A DNA stretch of 64,000 nucleotides from the human T2T-CHM13v2.0 reference genome, Homo sapiens. Numbering within the stretch: position 1 is the stretch's first letter; each line of letters opens with the position of its first letter. Below the pieces are notes generated by a model. That model saw only the letters and a list, made by a program, of their open reading frames with translations. It had not been told where the DNA came from and ran no database searches. The DNA lies in the NCBI RefSeq assembly GCF_009914755.1, contig NC_060946.1; one strand, written 5' to 3'. Made by a program: the position numbers and the translations under genes. This document shows, one piece after another, positions 29,780-42,500 of this stretch.

Positions 29780-30908
29780 GCATCTAGAGCTTGTGAGGCA
29801 AAGAAGCTGGTGCCATCAGGGAGTGATCATGGTAGAGACTGTGCCTCCAGTGTGGCAGTGCCAGCACCCACAGCAAGGGCTGCCTGGCCACTCTATTCCC
29901 ACAGCTGGACCTGCTTCTGTCCTGGGACACCAGGCTGCCCTCGACTCCTGTCCCCTTTCTTGGCTAGGATTTGGGCTCCTGTAGATTCTGAGAACCCTCA
30001 CATAGGCTTTCTATGAGATTTCTGCTGTTTGCCACTGAACCTCCTGATGACCACCTGCTCATGCAGGCTCTGCCTACTCACAGAGGGTGGGAACAGAGGC
30101 CGTGCTGTGACCTATTGGAGTCTCACAGTAGCCTCAAGGGAATGGGTCATTACTCATTTGTAGAGGGGAGGGGACTGAGCCTCAGAGAAGTACAGGGACC
30201 TGCCCAGGGTCACACAGCACCTTCCCAGGGGGCAGGTTTGCATCCCAGCTGCTGCTGGCTGGGACGGTGAGTCAGATCTCCAATGACAGCTGGCAAATTC
30301 TCCCATTGCCCTGTGTCTCCTCCAGCCCCTCTCTTTTCTACAAGGTTTGTGACATTTCTCCAGTCATAATCACCTCCAGAGAAGAGCAGCTCTTAGCCTG
30401 ACCCTGTGTTGGCTGTGGTGCTTGGAGCTGGGGGGATGAGGAGGGGCAAGGCAGACTGTTCCCAAGATACTCACGAGCCTGCACAGGGATGAGAGAGACC
30501 GAAACAACGACAGCCCATCCAATGTGAAATGGAGTCAGGAAGTCATTCTAGAGAAAGAGTGTTTTCTTCTTTGGGAGGTGTTGGGGAAGCTGACAAAGGC
30601 TTTCTGGAGGAGCCAGCCTCAAAGTTTTGAGGGATGAATAGGAGTCTGTTGGGTGGCCAAGGTCCATGGGAGGCAGTGGGTATTGGTTAGGATCTTGGCC
30701 AGGAGCCAGAAGCTTCTGGGCCTTCAGGAAAGAACCAGAATCCAAGGTCCAAGACCCTAGCCCAGTTACCCTCAGCCCACATGACGATGCATATCAGCTC
30801 CTCTGGCCTCACCTCCCAGCTCTCCCTGCCCTCCCAAACCCCTCCAGGGCGCTCTGAGGAAATCTGTCTGATACCAATGAAGAGGGAACACCTGAGACAG
30901 GAGTTTCT

Positions 30909-31337
<429 letters not shown>

Positions 31338-33780
31338 TGATGTGGTAAGAGGAGCCCTGTGCAGCCCAGAGTGGGCTGGCCTGGTTGGGTAAGGTGTAGC
31401 AAGCCCTGCAGGAGAGCCCCTCTTTCTTTGTTGTTGCTGATCTAAATTCTGCATCCAAAGGAGAGGCCAATGGAAGGGCCAAGTCATCTTAAGTGGTGTT
31501 TATCTTTTAGCTTCCTCCAGGCTGCTATACATGCTATACACACACACTTCCCACAGCCCTCCCACTGCCAGGGAGAGGCCTCCCTTTGGCACCCACCCCA
31601 TCTAACCTGAGAAAGGGGAGACGGTAGTGAGAATGTGGTCTGCCTAGGGCCCAGTGAGGACTGGGGACAGCCAGGAGCCCAGGGAATAGCCTGGGAATAG
31701 CCTTGGGACTCATCCAGTGGCCCAGGTAGAGCCGGGCCCAGGTATGCCAGCTGCCAAGGGGGACAGATGTGCTGGGACCTGGGACCTGTCCAGCTTTACC
31801 TTTCTACTCAAGCCCTGGCTGGGAACAGAGCTTGAAGTCCCAGTTGCCTTTGGACCCAGGAGACCCTGGTTTCATCACGGATCATTGTTCAACAAATTCA
31901 CATTCTTTCATCCATTCATTCCCTCAATGACTCATGACCATCTCAGTGCTGGACAACACCAGGACTAGCAGATAAAGCCCCCTCCTTTAGGAGCACCTAG
32001 CTGGTGGGAGAAAAAGACAAGAACATATAGAGTGACTACAGAGAGTGATCAGGGCTGTAATGGGGACCCACAGGGCAGAGGTTGGGGACCCAGAGGAGAG
32101 GCCCGCCTAAGCCTGGGGATTGGTGAGCATGTGCCCAGCATCTCAGAGAGACAATCCATCTACATTCATTATTGGTTCCTCCTCTCCCATCTAATTAATC
32201 GCTGTGACTGTATCTCTCTCAACCCACCTATTGCTACCACCTCCACTGTATCTGCCAAGTTGAGGCCAGCATTGCCTCCTACCTGCCCTCTATCCTGATC
32301 TCCAAGAAAGGAGAAAAGTGATATAAAATACAGGCAATATCAGTTCAAAAACACAGGAGAGCTATGAAGGCAGCCTGGACTTGAGGGCCAAGATCCCAGA
32401 GAGAAGGAAAACTCATTAAGGTGAGGCTGATATTCTACCCTTCTATTCCTGTCATGACATCTGCCAATTTGTAGGTAGCTGTTCCAACAGGCTGAGAAGC
32501 CAAGAAAAAGCCAAGCAGAAAGTGACAGCTAATCAGAACTCCTGGAAGTCGCAAGGGACCAGGAAGATAAATCTTGGAGTTGAGGGCTATCAGAGCATCC
32601 AAGACTTGAAGATGTAAGTTCCAGGAGAAGAGAAGCACAAAGAAGTGACCCCAATACTCTCTCCATCTCCCCTTTGAAAAATGTGCCAATTCCTAAGCAA
32701 AATAAACCTAGCAGAAAGTGGCTGTTTAGACTGAAAATCTAAGAACTTTTAGCAGATTTATGGTCAAGGAGGAAAAATTGGAGTTCAGGGATCACCAAGG
32801 AGGAGGGACGCAAGAAAACACCTGAGACACCACAGTCTCAGATGGACTCTGAAGGTGTCAATACCCTACAAGTAAGAGTAAATCACAGAAAGCAGGCCTT
32901 AGAAGTCTAAAACCCAGCTTAGAGTCAGCTCAGGCCCTGATTAGATTGAAATTATCTCCTCATAATCTAAATGCATTTAGAAGTTAAACTAAACCCTCTC
33001 AAGGGGATTATATTATATGAAGATGATATAGGCTTTTAGACGATGTTCAATATGTATTTAAAAATTACCAGGCATACCAGCAACAGGAACAAGAGAAAAA
33101 AAAAACAGACATAATAAATGACCCATTGGTGATCTAAATATTGCAGTTATCAGACACAGACATCAACATTATTGTGATGAATATGTTTAAGGAAATAAAT
33201 AAGAAGATGAAGAATTTCAGCTAAGAGCTGGAATATGCAAAAAAGAAGCAAATAGAAAATCTAGATGTGAAAATGCAATAACTGACAAGAATTCAATAAA
33301 TGGGGTAAAGAGCAAAGTAGACTAGACTGAATGAGAATTAACTAACTGGAAGATCAATGAGTAGAAAATATTTATATTTATGCATAGCATAAATACATCA
33401 AAAAAGGAAAAATACAGAAAAGATAATTTTAAAAAAATACTTATGGGAATCAGTTAAAGATCCAACATACATATAACTGGTGTCCCAGAAAGGGGAGGAG
33501 CAAGTGAATTAGGCAGAAACAATATTTGAAAAGATCATTTCCAAGAATTTTTCAAACCTGATGAGATCTCAAGTCAAAATTCAAGAAGCATAACACACTC
33601 CCAAGCCACACTGAGGCATATCATAGCATAACTGCTGAGAACTAAAGACAAAGAGAAAGGCTTATGAGCAGCCAGAAAAACGACACATTACCATCAATGA
33701 AACAACAATAAGACTGGTAGCTGACTTCTCAAAAAAAGAATGAAAGCGAGAAGTCTGTAGAATGGCACCTTTAAAGTGCT

Positions 33781-33804
33781 AATTAGCTTGATTTTATCAT
33801 TCCC

Positions 33805-33849
<45 letters not shown>

Positions 33850-33935
33850 CTCTCTCTCTCTCTATATATAATATAAACACATATATACAGACATCACACT
33901 GCACCCCACAAATGTATACAATTAACATTTGTAAG
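33781..33935 (+). mobile_element. Short L1MA-type 3' end fragment nested in the older L1
   Basis: aattagcttgattttatcattcc...acatcacactgcaccccacaaatgtatacaatta resembles L1MA 3' termini; host ORF1-like sequence resumes after it. Confidence 0.65.
33807..33844. repeat. (TG)19 microsatellite followed by short TA/TC runs
   Basis: Counted directly. Confidence 0.97.
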
Positions 33936-35940
33936 AAAATAAGACAACTCTCAACCTAGAATTATAAACCTTATGAAAAATACTTCAAAAATAAAAGTGA
34001 AATAAAAATATTTTTGGACAAATAAAAACTCAAGGAATTTATTCCTAATAAACCTTCAACAAAGGAAATACTATAAAAGAAGTTATTCAGGCAGGAAGAA
34101 ACTTGTTTCAGACAGAAACATAGGCACATGGGGGTTACCATATGAAGAGCCAGAGAAAGGGTAAACGTGAATCTGTGGGTACAACAGAACAACAAGAAAA
34201 ATGTATGGAAGAGGAAAATCAAATTAAAATGTTCACAGACCCTTGCATTTTTGCATTTACTGTGAAGTGTAAAGTGGTCATTTCAATTAGACTATAATAT
34301 ATCAAAGATGCATGTTGGAATCTATACAGTAATTGCTAAAAAATAACTAAAAATGTATAACTAACAAGTTAATCAGGGGAGAAGTGAAATAATAAAAATA
34401 TTTGATCATTCTAAAATAAGTAAAATAAGAGGGTGAAGAAATATAGAACAGGTGGGACAAATAGAAAAGAAATACTTTTATTAAAGACAAAATTATCTCA
34501 TAATTCTAATTGATTTAATTAGCTTTTTAAATCTCCACTATATGCTGCTTCAAAGAGACAGGTTAAATAAAAGGACTGGAGAGGCTGAAAGTTAAAAGAT
34601 AAAGATCACGCAAACTCTAACCAAAAAACAGGAGGTTTAGCTATAGTAATAGCAGGCAAAGTAGATTTTAAGGCAAAAATCATACCTAGAGATAAAGAGG
34701 AATATTTTATAATGAAAAATTGTCAATTGCCAAGAAGATAAAACAATTTTAAATTTCTATAGACCTAATAACATAATCTCAAAATAAACAAAGTAAAACA
34801 TGGACAGAACTAAAAGGAGAAATAGGCAAAGCAGCAATCACAGTGGGAGATTAATGCATTTGTCTCAGTAACTGATAAAATGAGCAGACAAAAACTGTCT
34901 GGACATAGAAAACTCAGACATGATTAAGAAACCTGACCTAACTAGCGTATATAGAACATGGTAAAACAACAACAGTGGGATTCATATTCTTATCAAGTGT
35001 GTATGGAACACTTACCATGATGGATTATATGCTGACCCATAAAGCAAGTCTCAGCAAATTTCAAATGATTAAAATCATACATTCTTTAACCACAGTGAAA
35101 TTAAACTGAAAATAACAAAATGGCAACTAGACTATCGCCACTATTTATAAAGTAATATACTTCTAAATAAACAATGACAAAAAAATTACAATGAAAATTA
35201 GAAAATAATTGTGAGCTAAACAGTAATAAAAATGAATTATCAAAATGTGTGCAAGTTAGCTAAAACAGTGCATAGAAGAAGACTTACAGTCTCAACATTT
35301 TAGGGGGGAAAAGGCTGAAAATAAGTTATCTAAATATCCATTTCAAGAGGCAAAAAGAAACCCCCCAAAACCCCCAAAACAGCAGCAGCAACAACAAGAA
35401 TAAAGTAAACCCAAAGAAAGTAGAATAAATAAAAGAGAGATCTGAAAATAAAATAGAAAATGAATATATGATAGTGAAAAATCAACAAGGTTTAACGTTT
35501 ATTTTTCAAATGCATAATAAAATTGATAAATCCCTAGCATGACTGATCAAGAAAATAGAAAGCAATATCAAGAATAAAAAGGGGACATCGCTACAGACCT
35601 TACCATCATTAAGAAAGGATATTATGAACACCTCTTTATTGCAATAAATTTCAAAATTAGTTGAAACGAACAAACTCTTAGAAAAACAAAACTGACCAAG
35701 AAAAAAGTTAAAAGTTTGAATAGTCCTCAAAGCATTTGCTTTATAATTTAAAACCTTTTCACAAGGAGATCTCCAGGCCCAGATGGCCTCACAAGTGAAT
35801 TCTCCCAAACATTTAAGAAATAAATAGCACCAACTGGATACAAATTATGCACATAACAAAAAAAGTGGGAATATTTTTCTACTTGTTTTAGAGGCAAAGC
35901 ATAGCCCTCATACTTAAAGCTGATAAGAACATTACAAGAA

Positions 35941-36703
35941 GGGGGCCAGACTGTATTCTCCAAAGGCAGACACACCCATAGGTTTATCCCATCCCACATG
36001 CTCCTCTTGCAATGGGATTGACAGTCTTCACTCATTCTGAGTTTGGGAGGAGTCTTGTGACTTCCCTACCAATGAAGAGCTGTAGAAATGATGTTATGTG
36101 ATTTCCCAGGCTAGGTCTAAAAAAGATAAAAGAACATATACCTCTCCCTCTTTCTCTCTCCCCCTCCCTCCCTACCTCCTTCTCTTCCTCCCTTCTTCCC
36201 TCTCTCTCTCCCTCCTTCCTCTATCTTCCCCTACCTCTCCCTCTCTCTCTCTTCCCCTCCCTCTCCCTCTCTTCCCCTCCCTCTCCTCTCTCCTTTCAAT
36301 CTTTCCCTCCTTCTCCCTTTCTCTACCTCCTTCTCTCTCTCTCTCTCTCTCTCTCCTTCTTAGGGCACTTGCTTTTGGAATCCAGCAGCCATGTTGTGAG
36401 GAAGCCCAAGCAACCTGGGGAGCTTGCATGTGGTGTTCATCTGAAAGCCCTGGTTAGGGACCCAGTCAACAGTCAGCATCACCTCCAGGCATCAAAGTGA
36501 ATGAGACTTCATGCCATTCCTGCTCTCAAGCCTCAAGCCTTCCAGCTGAGGCCCCAGAAAGTATAGAGCAGAGGCAAACTGTCCCTGCTCTGTCCTGTCT
36601 CAATCCCAATGATAGATCCATTGGAGATAAGACTATTGTTGCTTTAAACCCATATATTTTGTTGCAATTTTTATGCAGTTATTGCTGCATAAAATACTAA
36701 TAC
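35941..36703 (+). mobile_element. MaLR solo LTR (MLT1E-like) inserted in L1 ORF2
   Basis: cagactgtattctccaaag...ccagcagccatgttgtgaggaagcccaagc...ttgctttaaacc...atactaataca; L1 sequence resumes afterwards. Confidence 0.8.
36141..36361. repeat. ~220-bp polypyrimidine (CT-rich) low-complexity tract
   Basis: Almost purely C/T on the + strand. Confidence 0.95.
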
Positions 36704-37879
36704 AAAAAAAGTAAAGATGTAAAACTCCTCAAAAATATTTGCAAACAGAAGCTAGCTATATATACAAAGAATAATACATTATAATCAAATTGGATTTGCT
36801 CTGGGAATGCCAGATTGACACTTGACATCCATCAATCAATGTAATTCACCACACTAGAAGAATAATGTACACAATGATATGTTTATCTCTTTCGATATAG
36901 AAATAGCACTTGATAAAATTCAACACAGATTCATAATTTTTAAAAAATGTTTAGCATTCTAGGAATAGAAGAAACTTCCCTAATATGATAAAAGATATTT
37001 ACAATACCCACAGCAAATATAATACTTAATGATGAAAGATTGAAAATATTGCCCCTGAGATCAGGAACAAGTCAGGCACACCCACTACATCTATTCAACA
37101 TTAAGGTTGTAGCCAGTATAATAAGGCAAGAAAATGAGAAGGGATAAGGATTTGGAAAAAAGGAAGCTGTCAGCATGTATACACGTCATTATTATGATTA
37201 TGATAGATAATCCAAAAAAAATTTATAGATAATCTATTAGAACTAAGACATTTGGCAAGGTTACTAGATACAAGGTCCATATGCCCAAGTCAATGGTACT
37301 TCTATATATCGTACATACATAACCAGGAAATGAAAATTTTAAAATAGTGTACAATTACATCAAAACACAAGGCACCAGGGAATCCCTCTAACAAAAGATG
37401 TGCAAGACCTCCACACAGAAAAATTAGAATATTGTTGAGAGGAATCAAATAAGATCTTTTAAACAACACAGGGATCGGTCAGTTCATGGATAAGAAGGCT
37501 CAGTACTGTGAAGATTTTAATTATATCTCTATTGATCTGTACATTAATGCTTTCCCAACCCAAATTCCAGCAGGCTTTTGTGCGCATGTGTGTAAATTGA
37601 TAAGCTGATCCTAAAATTCATAAGGAAATTAAAAGGACCTATAATATCCAAAGCTGTCTCAAAAAGAGAACAAAATTGGAACTCACAGTCTTGGATTCGA
37701 GACTTGCTGTCAAATCAAACCTGAATGTTTGTTTGAGTGTGAGGTGCACATGTAGGGAGGTGTGTGGGGGCATGAAAGGCAGCGACCTCCTGGAAGAGGG
37801 GAATCTGTGAGACCTCCCAAAGAAACGGGCTCAGAAAACGGCGTGTGTGGGGGCAGAAGCTGGCGGGATGGACAGAGCA

Positions 37880-38065
37880 CCTGCTGTCAGCACACTGTGT
37901 AGGCACTCTCTGAATCCTCAGCACCGCTCTGCAAAGCTTGTTACCATCCCATTTTGCAGATAAGTAAAATTGAGGCTCAGAGAGAGGAAGCCACTTGCCC
38001 AAAGTCACATACAGCCACGATTCAAACACAGCTCCAACCCCATGACCTGTGCTGTGCATCTGATA
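37880..38065. mobile_element. MIR remnant
   Basis: cccattttgcagataagtaaaattgaggctcagagagaggaagccacttgcccaaagtcacatacag. Confidence 0.75.
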
Positions 38066-39349
38066 ACACAGACTGGCCTGGGCCAGAGAAGAGACCCAGG
38101 GGTGAGCAGGGGAGAGGCCATGAAGGTGAGTCTGCATCCCTGCAAAGCCGAACACTCCCGCAGCTGCAGGCAGGCGTCTCTGGGGCAAGGCTGATGCTGC
38201 CTTCTTCCTTGCTGAGGCTTCTGTCCCTGCAGCTGAATCATGCACAGCCCAGATGTCTTCTGCTTACAGAAATTTTCATTTCCTAGTTATGTATGTATGA
38301 TATATAGAAGTACCATACAAGAAGCGCTGTTTCTAGGGTGGTCTGGGAGGGAGGGGGCCGCGGGCCAGCCTGAGAGGCAGTAATGGTGCAGCAGCTGTCT
38401 TGGTGCTGGTGACTAGATCAGCTCCATTCAGATTCTTAAGTGAAAGCTCAGCCAAGATTTGGACACACAAAATAAAAATTATTCTCAGCAAGTAGGGTGC
38501 ATACTTTATACTTCCAGTGAATTTGAATCATGCCACAAGAAGCTGATCCAAATGTTGGCTCCAAACAATTTCTTTTTCATGCTCCAGGGTCACACGGGGC
38601 CCTGGGAGGGATACGACCAGACAGCCCTGGAATAAGGAGTGGTTGTTGATCTGGGAACCCCAGATCCCCAGAACCCCCGCAGCAGCGGGAAGTTCGAGTC
38701 AGCAATGCGAGAGCTGGGTCTCCCCCAGGCTGCATCTGGCCCCCATGTGCCCCTAGGCAAGGCAGGTCTCAGTATCCTTTCCTGTGAAATGGGAATGTCA
38801 CCCACCTCACTGCACTACTAGGAAGAGTCCCTGAGATCCAGAAGGGTAAAAGCTGCTTCTGGGGTGGGCACACAGTGGCTGTGCAGAAAATGCCAGCTCT
38901 TAGCCCTCGCGGGCTGCGGAACTGAAGCGTACTGTGAATAGAAAGCCCTTCCCCAAGCTGCACAGCAAGGGGTTGGTGGCAGAGCCAAGGGTGGGGTCCT
39001 GAGCCCTCCAGCCCCCAGATCCATTTGCTGATGGACTCCTGGAGAACAAGGAGCCTCCAAACTCTATAAATCCTCCGGGAACAAAGGGAACCCAAACAGC
39101 GCACAGACTGTTTGGAAAGCGCAGTCCTGCTGGAGCCGCTGGGCTCTTTGTGGAAACAGCTGCCCTGGCAACAGGAGCTGAGGAGGAGGGAAGCTCGACT
39201 CTGCAGGGAAAGGAGTTCAAATCAGGAGCTCCCATTATCTGGGTGTCCCCAAACACTGGGAACCAGAGCCATCCCTGGGAGGGGCACTGGCTCCCCAATG
39301 TCAGAAGGCCCCTCTCAGACAGAAAGGCCATATGGCTTTACAGTTACGA

Positions 39350-39575
39350 ATGAGTGCAGACTTGCTCTGGTCTTCCCATCTAGGGAGCCGTGTGGCCTTG
39401 GGCCAGTGCCTCAACCTCTCTGGGTCTCAGTGTCCTCAGTGGTAAAATGGTATCAGTATGGCGTGTCCTGTATGAATGGTTGAGCAGGCTCCATGAGTTA
39501 AGATGTGTGCATTGCTTACCCGAAGCCTGGCACCTGCAAATACCACAAATGTGCTGGTTGCTATTATTATTGTGG
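39350..39575. mobile_element. MIR remnant
   Basis: tgtggccttgggccagtgcctcaacctctctgggtctcagtgtcctcagtggtaaaatgg...ctattattatt. Confidence 0.7.
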
Positions 39576-42500
39576 AATCCTGGCAAGAAGCAGTGTGGGG
39601 AGGAAGGGGAAGGGGAGGGGGAGGGCAAGGACTAGAAAGAGGTGAGGCTCTGGGGTGGAGGAGTCCAGTGGCAGGGTGGTCTCCAGCATGTCCCTTCCTC
39701 TCACCCTCCTTAGACAGGGTGAACGGGGGCCCAGGGTGACCCTGGTAGGGAAGAAGGAGCCACAGGCCTGACTGGTACTACAAGGCATGTGGGGCTCAGA
39801 TCCATCCATTTGGCCAGGGAGGGAGTGATGCTGGTGTTGGGGCAGGGCAGAGACAAAGCCCGAGAGGGGCCATTGTCGAATGTAACATCCTACAGCAGGA
39901 GGTCAAAGCAGCTTGACCACAAGAAGGACTGTGAAGAATGGTGGTGAGCACCCCATCAACGAACGAAGGGAAGCCCCAGGGCTGGATGTAGGGGAGCGGC
40001 TCCTGGACCACGTGCTTCCCACCTCCTGGATGAGCACACAGACATCTGTACCTCAGCTACTCTACCTATAAATAGGATGATGACAGCAGCCCCCGACCTG
40101 CAGCTTGGCCTTGAGGACTGAGTGCGTTCCCACTGGCAGAGCGTGGGCAGAGCGCTGGCATGCTGGGACGCCAGCTAGGATATCTGTCACACGCTTGGAG
40201 GGCCAGAAGGACAGCGGCTGAGACCCCATGCTGTGCCCAGCTCCCTCTCCCTCACTGAACACAGCCAGGAGGCAGGGGATGGGGTGCGGATGCTCAGCTC
40301 AGCCGCATTAGTCTTTTTCCCGGATCTCGGTGATCATTCCTAGACCGCAGGGCGGCTTTATGGAGTGGAAAAAATCCATTAAGGTTTTAAAGCAAAGCTC
40401 AAGACATAATCACCTCATTGTCAGGGTCTTCCCGCTCTTTCTCTCAGGGTCGCCTCCCCCACCCGTCCCGGCCTGGCACAGTGGGGGCTGTGCCTCTCCA
40501 GCAGCTAAGTGAGCAAAGCCCAAGGTCAGCCACAGATGGCCGTGGCCACACTCCCGACAGCTCGGTGAGGTGACTTCGGGCATGCCTTCTCTGGAGCTTG
40601 CTGTCACACAGGGACCAGGCCCCTCCTGCTCCTCCACCCCCTGCCACAGTAACCTTTAAAAGTACAGCTCAGACATTGTCCTTCTTCCGCATAAAATCTC
40701 CAGTGGCTCTTGGCCATCGCCTGGCTGTCTGCCCCGACTCCCAGACTGAGAGCACGGACCCTGGTCAGGCAGCCTCGGGCTGGGAATCCCAGCTCGGCCT
40801 TGTCCCCACAGGTCACCTAACCTCTGAACCCGTGTCCTCATCTGCAAAATGGTGTAGAGGTCATAGCAGCCCGGAGGGGCTGAGACGTGCCTGAAATGAC
40901 CCCAGTGAAGAGTTCTGTGCCCGGTTGAATGCCCGCGGTTATTACCACAGCCCCTTCCTTCATTTCTTACTGGTCACACCTGCAAATTCCCTGTCCCTTC
41001 CTTGTCATGTCTCTGTACCTTTGCAGATACTGTTCCCCTATTCCTGCCCTGACTGACTTACAAGGTTCAGTTCAGGGTGCCCTCTTCCAGGAAGCCCTCC
41101 CTGATTGCCCAGATGAGCCCCAGCCCTCCTCATCACAGTTTGGAGCATACAGGGTTGGCACTGGACATTGATTTTCCTGCCTCCCTGCAGACGAGCCTTC
41201 CAGGGCAGAGTGCATGTCTGGGTCCCCAGCAGCTGACATAGGACCTGGCACTGTCATTGAGGGCTGGTTGATCAGGACTGGCATCTAGAAGCTTCTAACA
41301 TAGCTGTAAGCACATTTGAACCTTTTTTGTCCCCAGGGTCTGCCCGTGGTCTGGCATTTAAGGCCCTCTGCAGGTGAGCTCTTCCAGGCCCTCTGCTCCT
41401 CTCCCCAACTCTGCTTTGATTTCATTTGGGCTCATCCACCTCCTTCCTGCCTTGGGCCTCTGCTCAGCTTGGTCCTTCCTCCTGGACACCTTCTCCCCTA
41501 TCCCTTTCCTTTCACCCACAGACATTCTACCCAGGCTAAGGACCCTTTCGGACTGCACCTCCACACAGCCTCCTGGTTCCCCTGGCTCATGCTGAGTTGT
41601 CCTCCCTCCCCTTTGCCCTTGGCCCCAAATTCATGCTTTGGCTTTGGGCAGGTGCCCTTTGCTCTCAGAGAGTAGCTGATGGGCACACAGTTCTGGAGGG
41701 AGGGAGGGAGGGAGAGAGGGGCAGGCAGAGAGCAGAGCCTGAAAGCCAGGACACGCCCCGCAGCTCATGGAAACAACCTGATGTCTCTGAGCAGAGACTC
41801 AGAGCTGAACGGACTCCTTTGGGATGACACACCGAGGAGCAGAACCCGGGTTTGAACTTGGCCGTGCAGCCCTGAAGGCTTCCCCCACATCCCAGACCCC
41901 TTCCTCAAACTCCGACTGGTGCTCCTCCACCCCGGCACCCTTGGCCACAGTTAGTGTATGCAGGGTGGGGTGGGGAAGAGGAGACTCAGGGGCCCCTGGG
42001 AGCAATGAAGTGCAATTGCCTGAATTAATGGAGAGGGAACAGCCTCCCTCCCTAATCGCCCTAATTCCCGGTGTTTACAAACTGCTGATTTCCCAGGGTT
42101 CCAGGCTGGCATGTCGGCAAAGTGTATTAAAATCCCTGGTTTCTGCTAAGTTCCCGCTCAGGGTGGCTTCTTGGAGGGGTGAGATGTGAAACAGGCAGAA
42201 GGGCAAGAACCAGCAGCCATGCCGAAAGCTGGGGAGGAAACTCCTGGGACCTTCCAGAAGGCTGGAGATGGACAACAGCTGGGCTAGAGGAAGAGCCAGG
42301 GGTGCTGAGTGGCTGGAGCCTGGTTGGGAGTGGGGGTGGGAAAGGGGTGTGGGGAGGGGTCATGAGATCAAGAGAGGGGACAGAGGGGGCAGTCACTTAG
42401 GGCCAGGGGCCTTGGTGAGTGTCGGGACTTCATCCCCAGTGGACTGGAGGTGGCTAGAGCTGCCCGGTGGCAGGGAGAAATTGCAGGATTCCAAAGACAT

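Larger units (their letters stand above)
32300..37725 (+). mobile_element. Ancient L1 (L1M-type): 5' region, decayed ORF1, spacer and 5' part of ORF2; no 3' end
   Basis: Abrupt shift to A-rich sequence. ORF1-like: aacatacatataactggtgtcccagaagg, agactggtagctgacttctca. Endonuclease-like: ctatatgctgcttcaaagagaca, gcaggcaaagtagattttaagg. RT-like: tgataaaattcaacac, ccctgagatcaggaacaag. No long ORF survives. Confidence 0.9.

Noticed and set aside
36098-36457. S/L/P-rich and R/E-rich ORFs
   Set aside because: These are translations of the CT-rich tract inside an MLT1 LTR.
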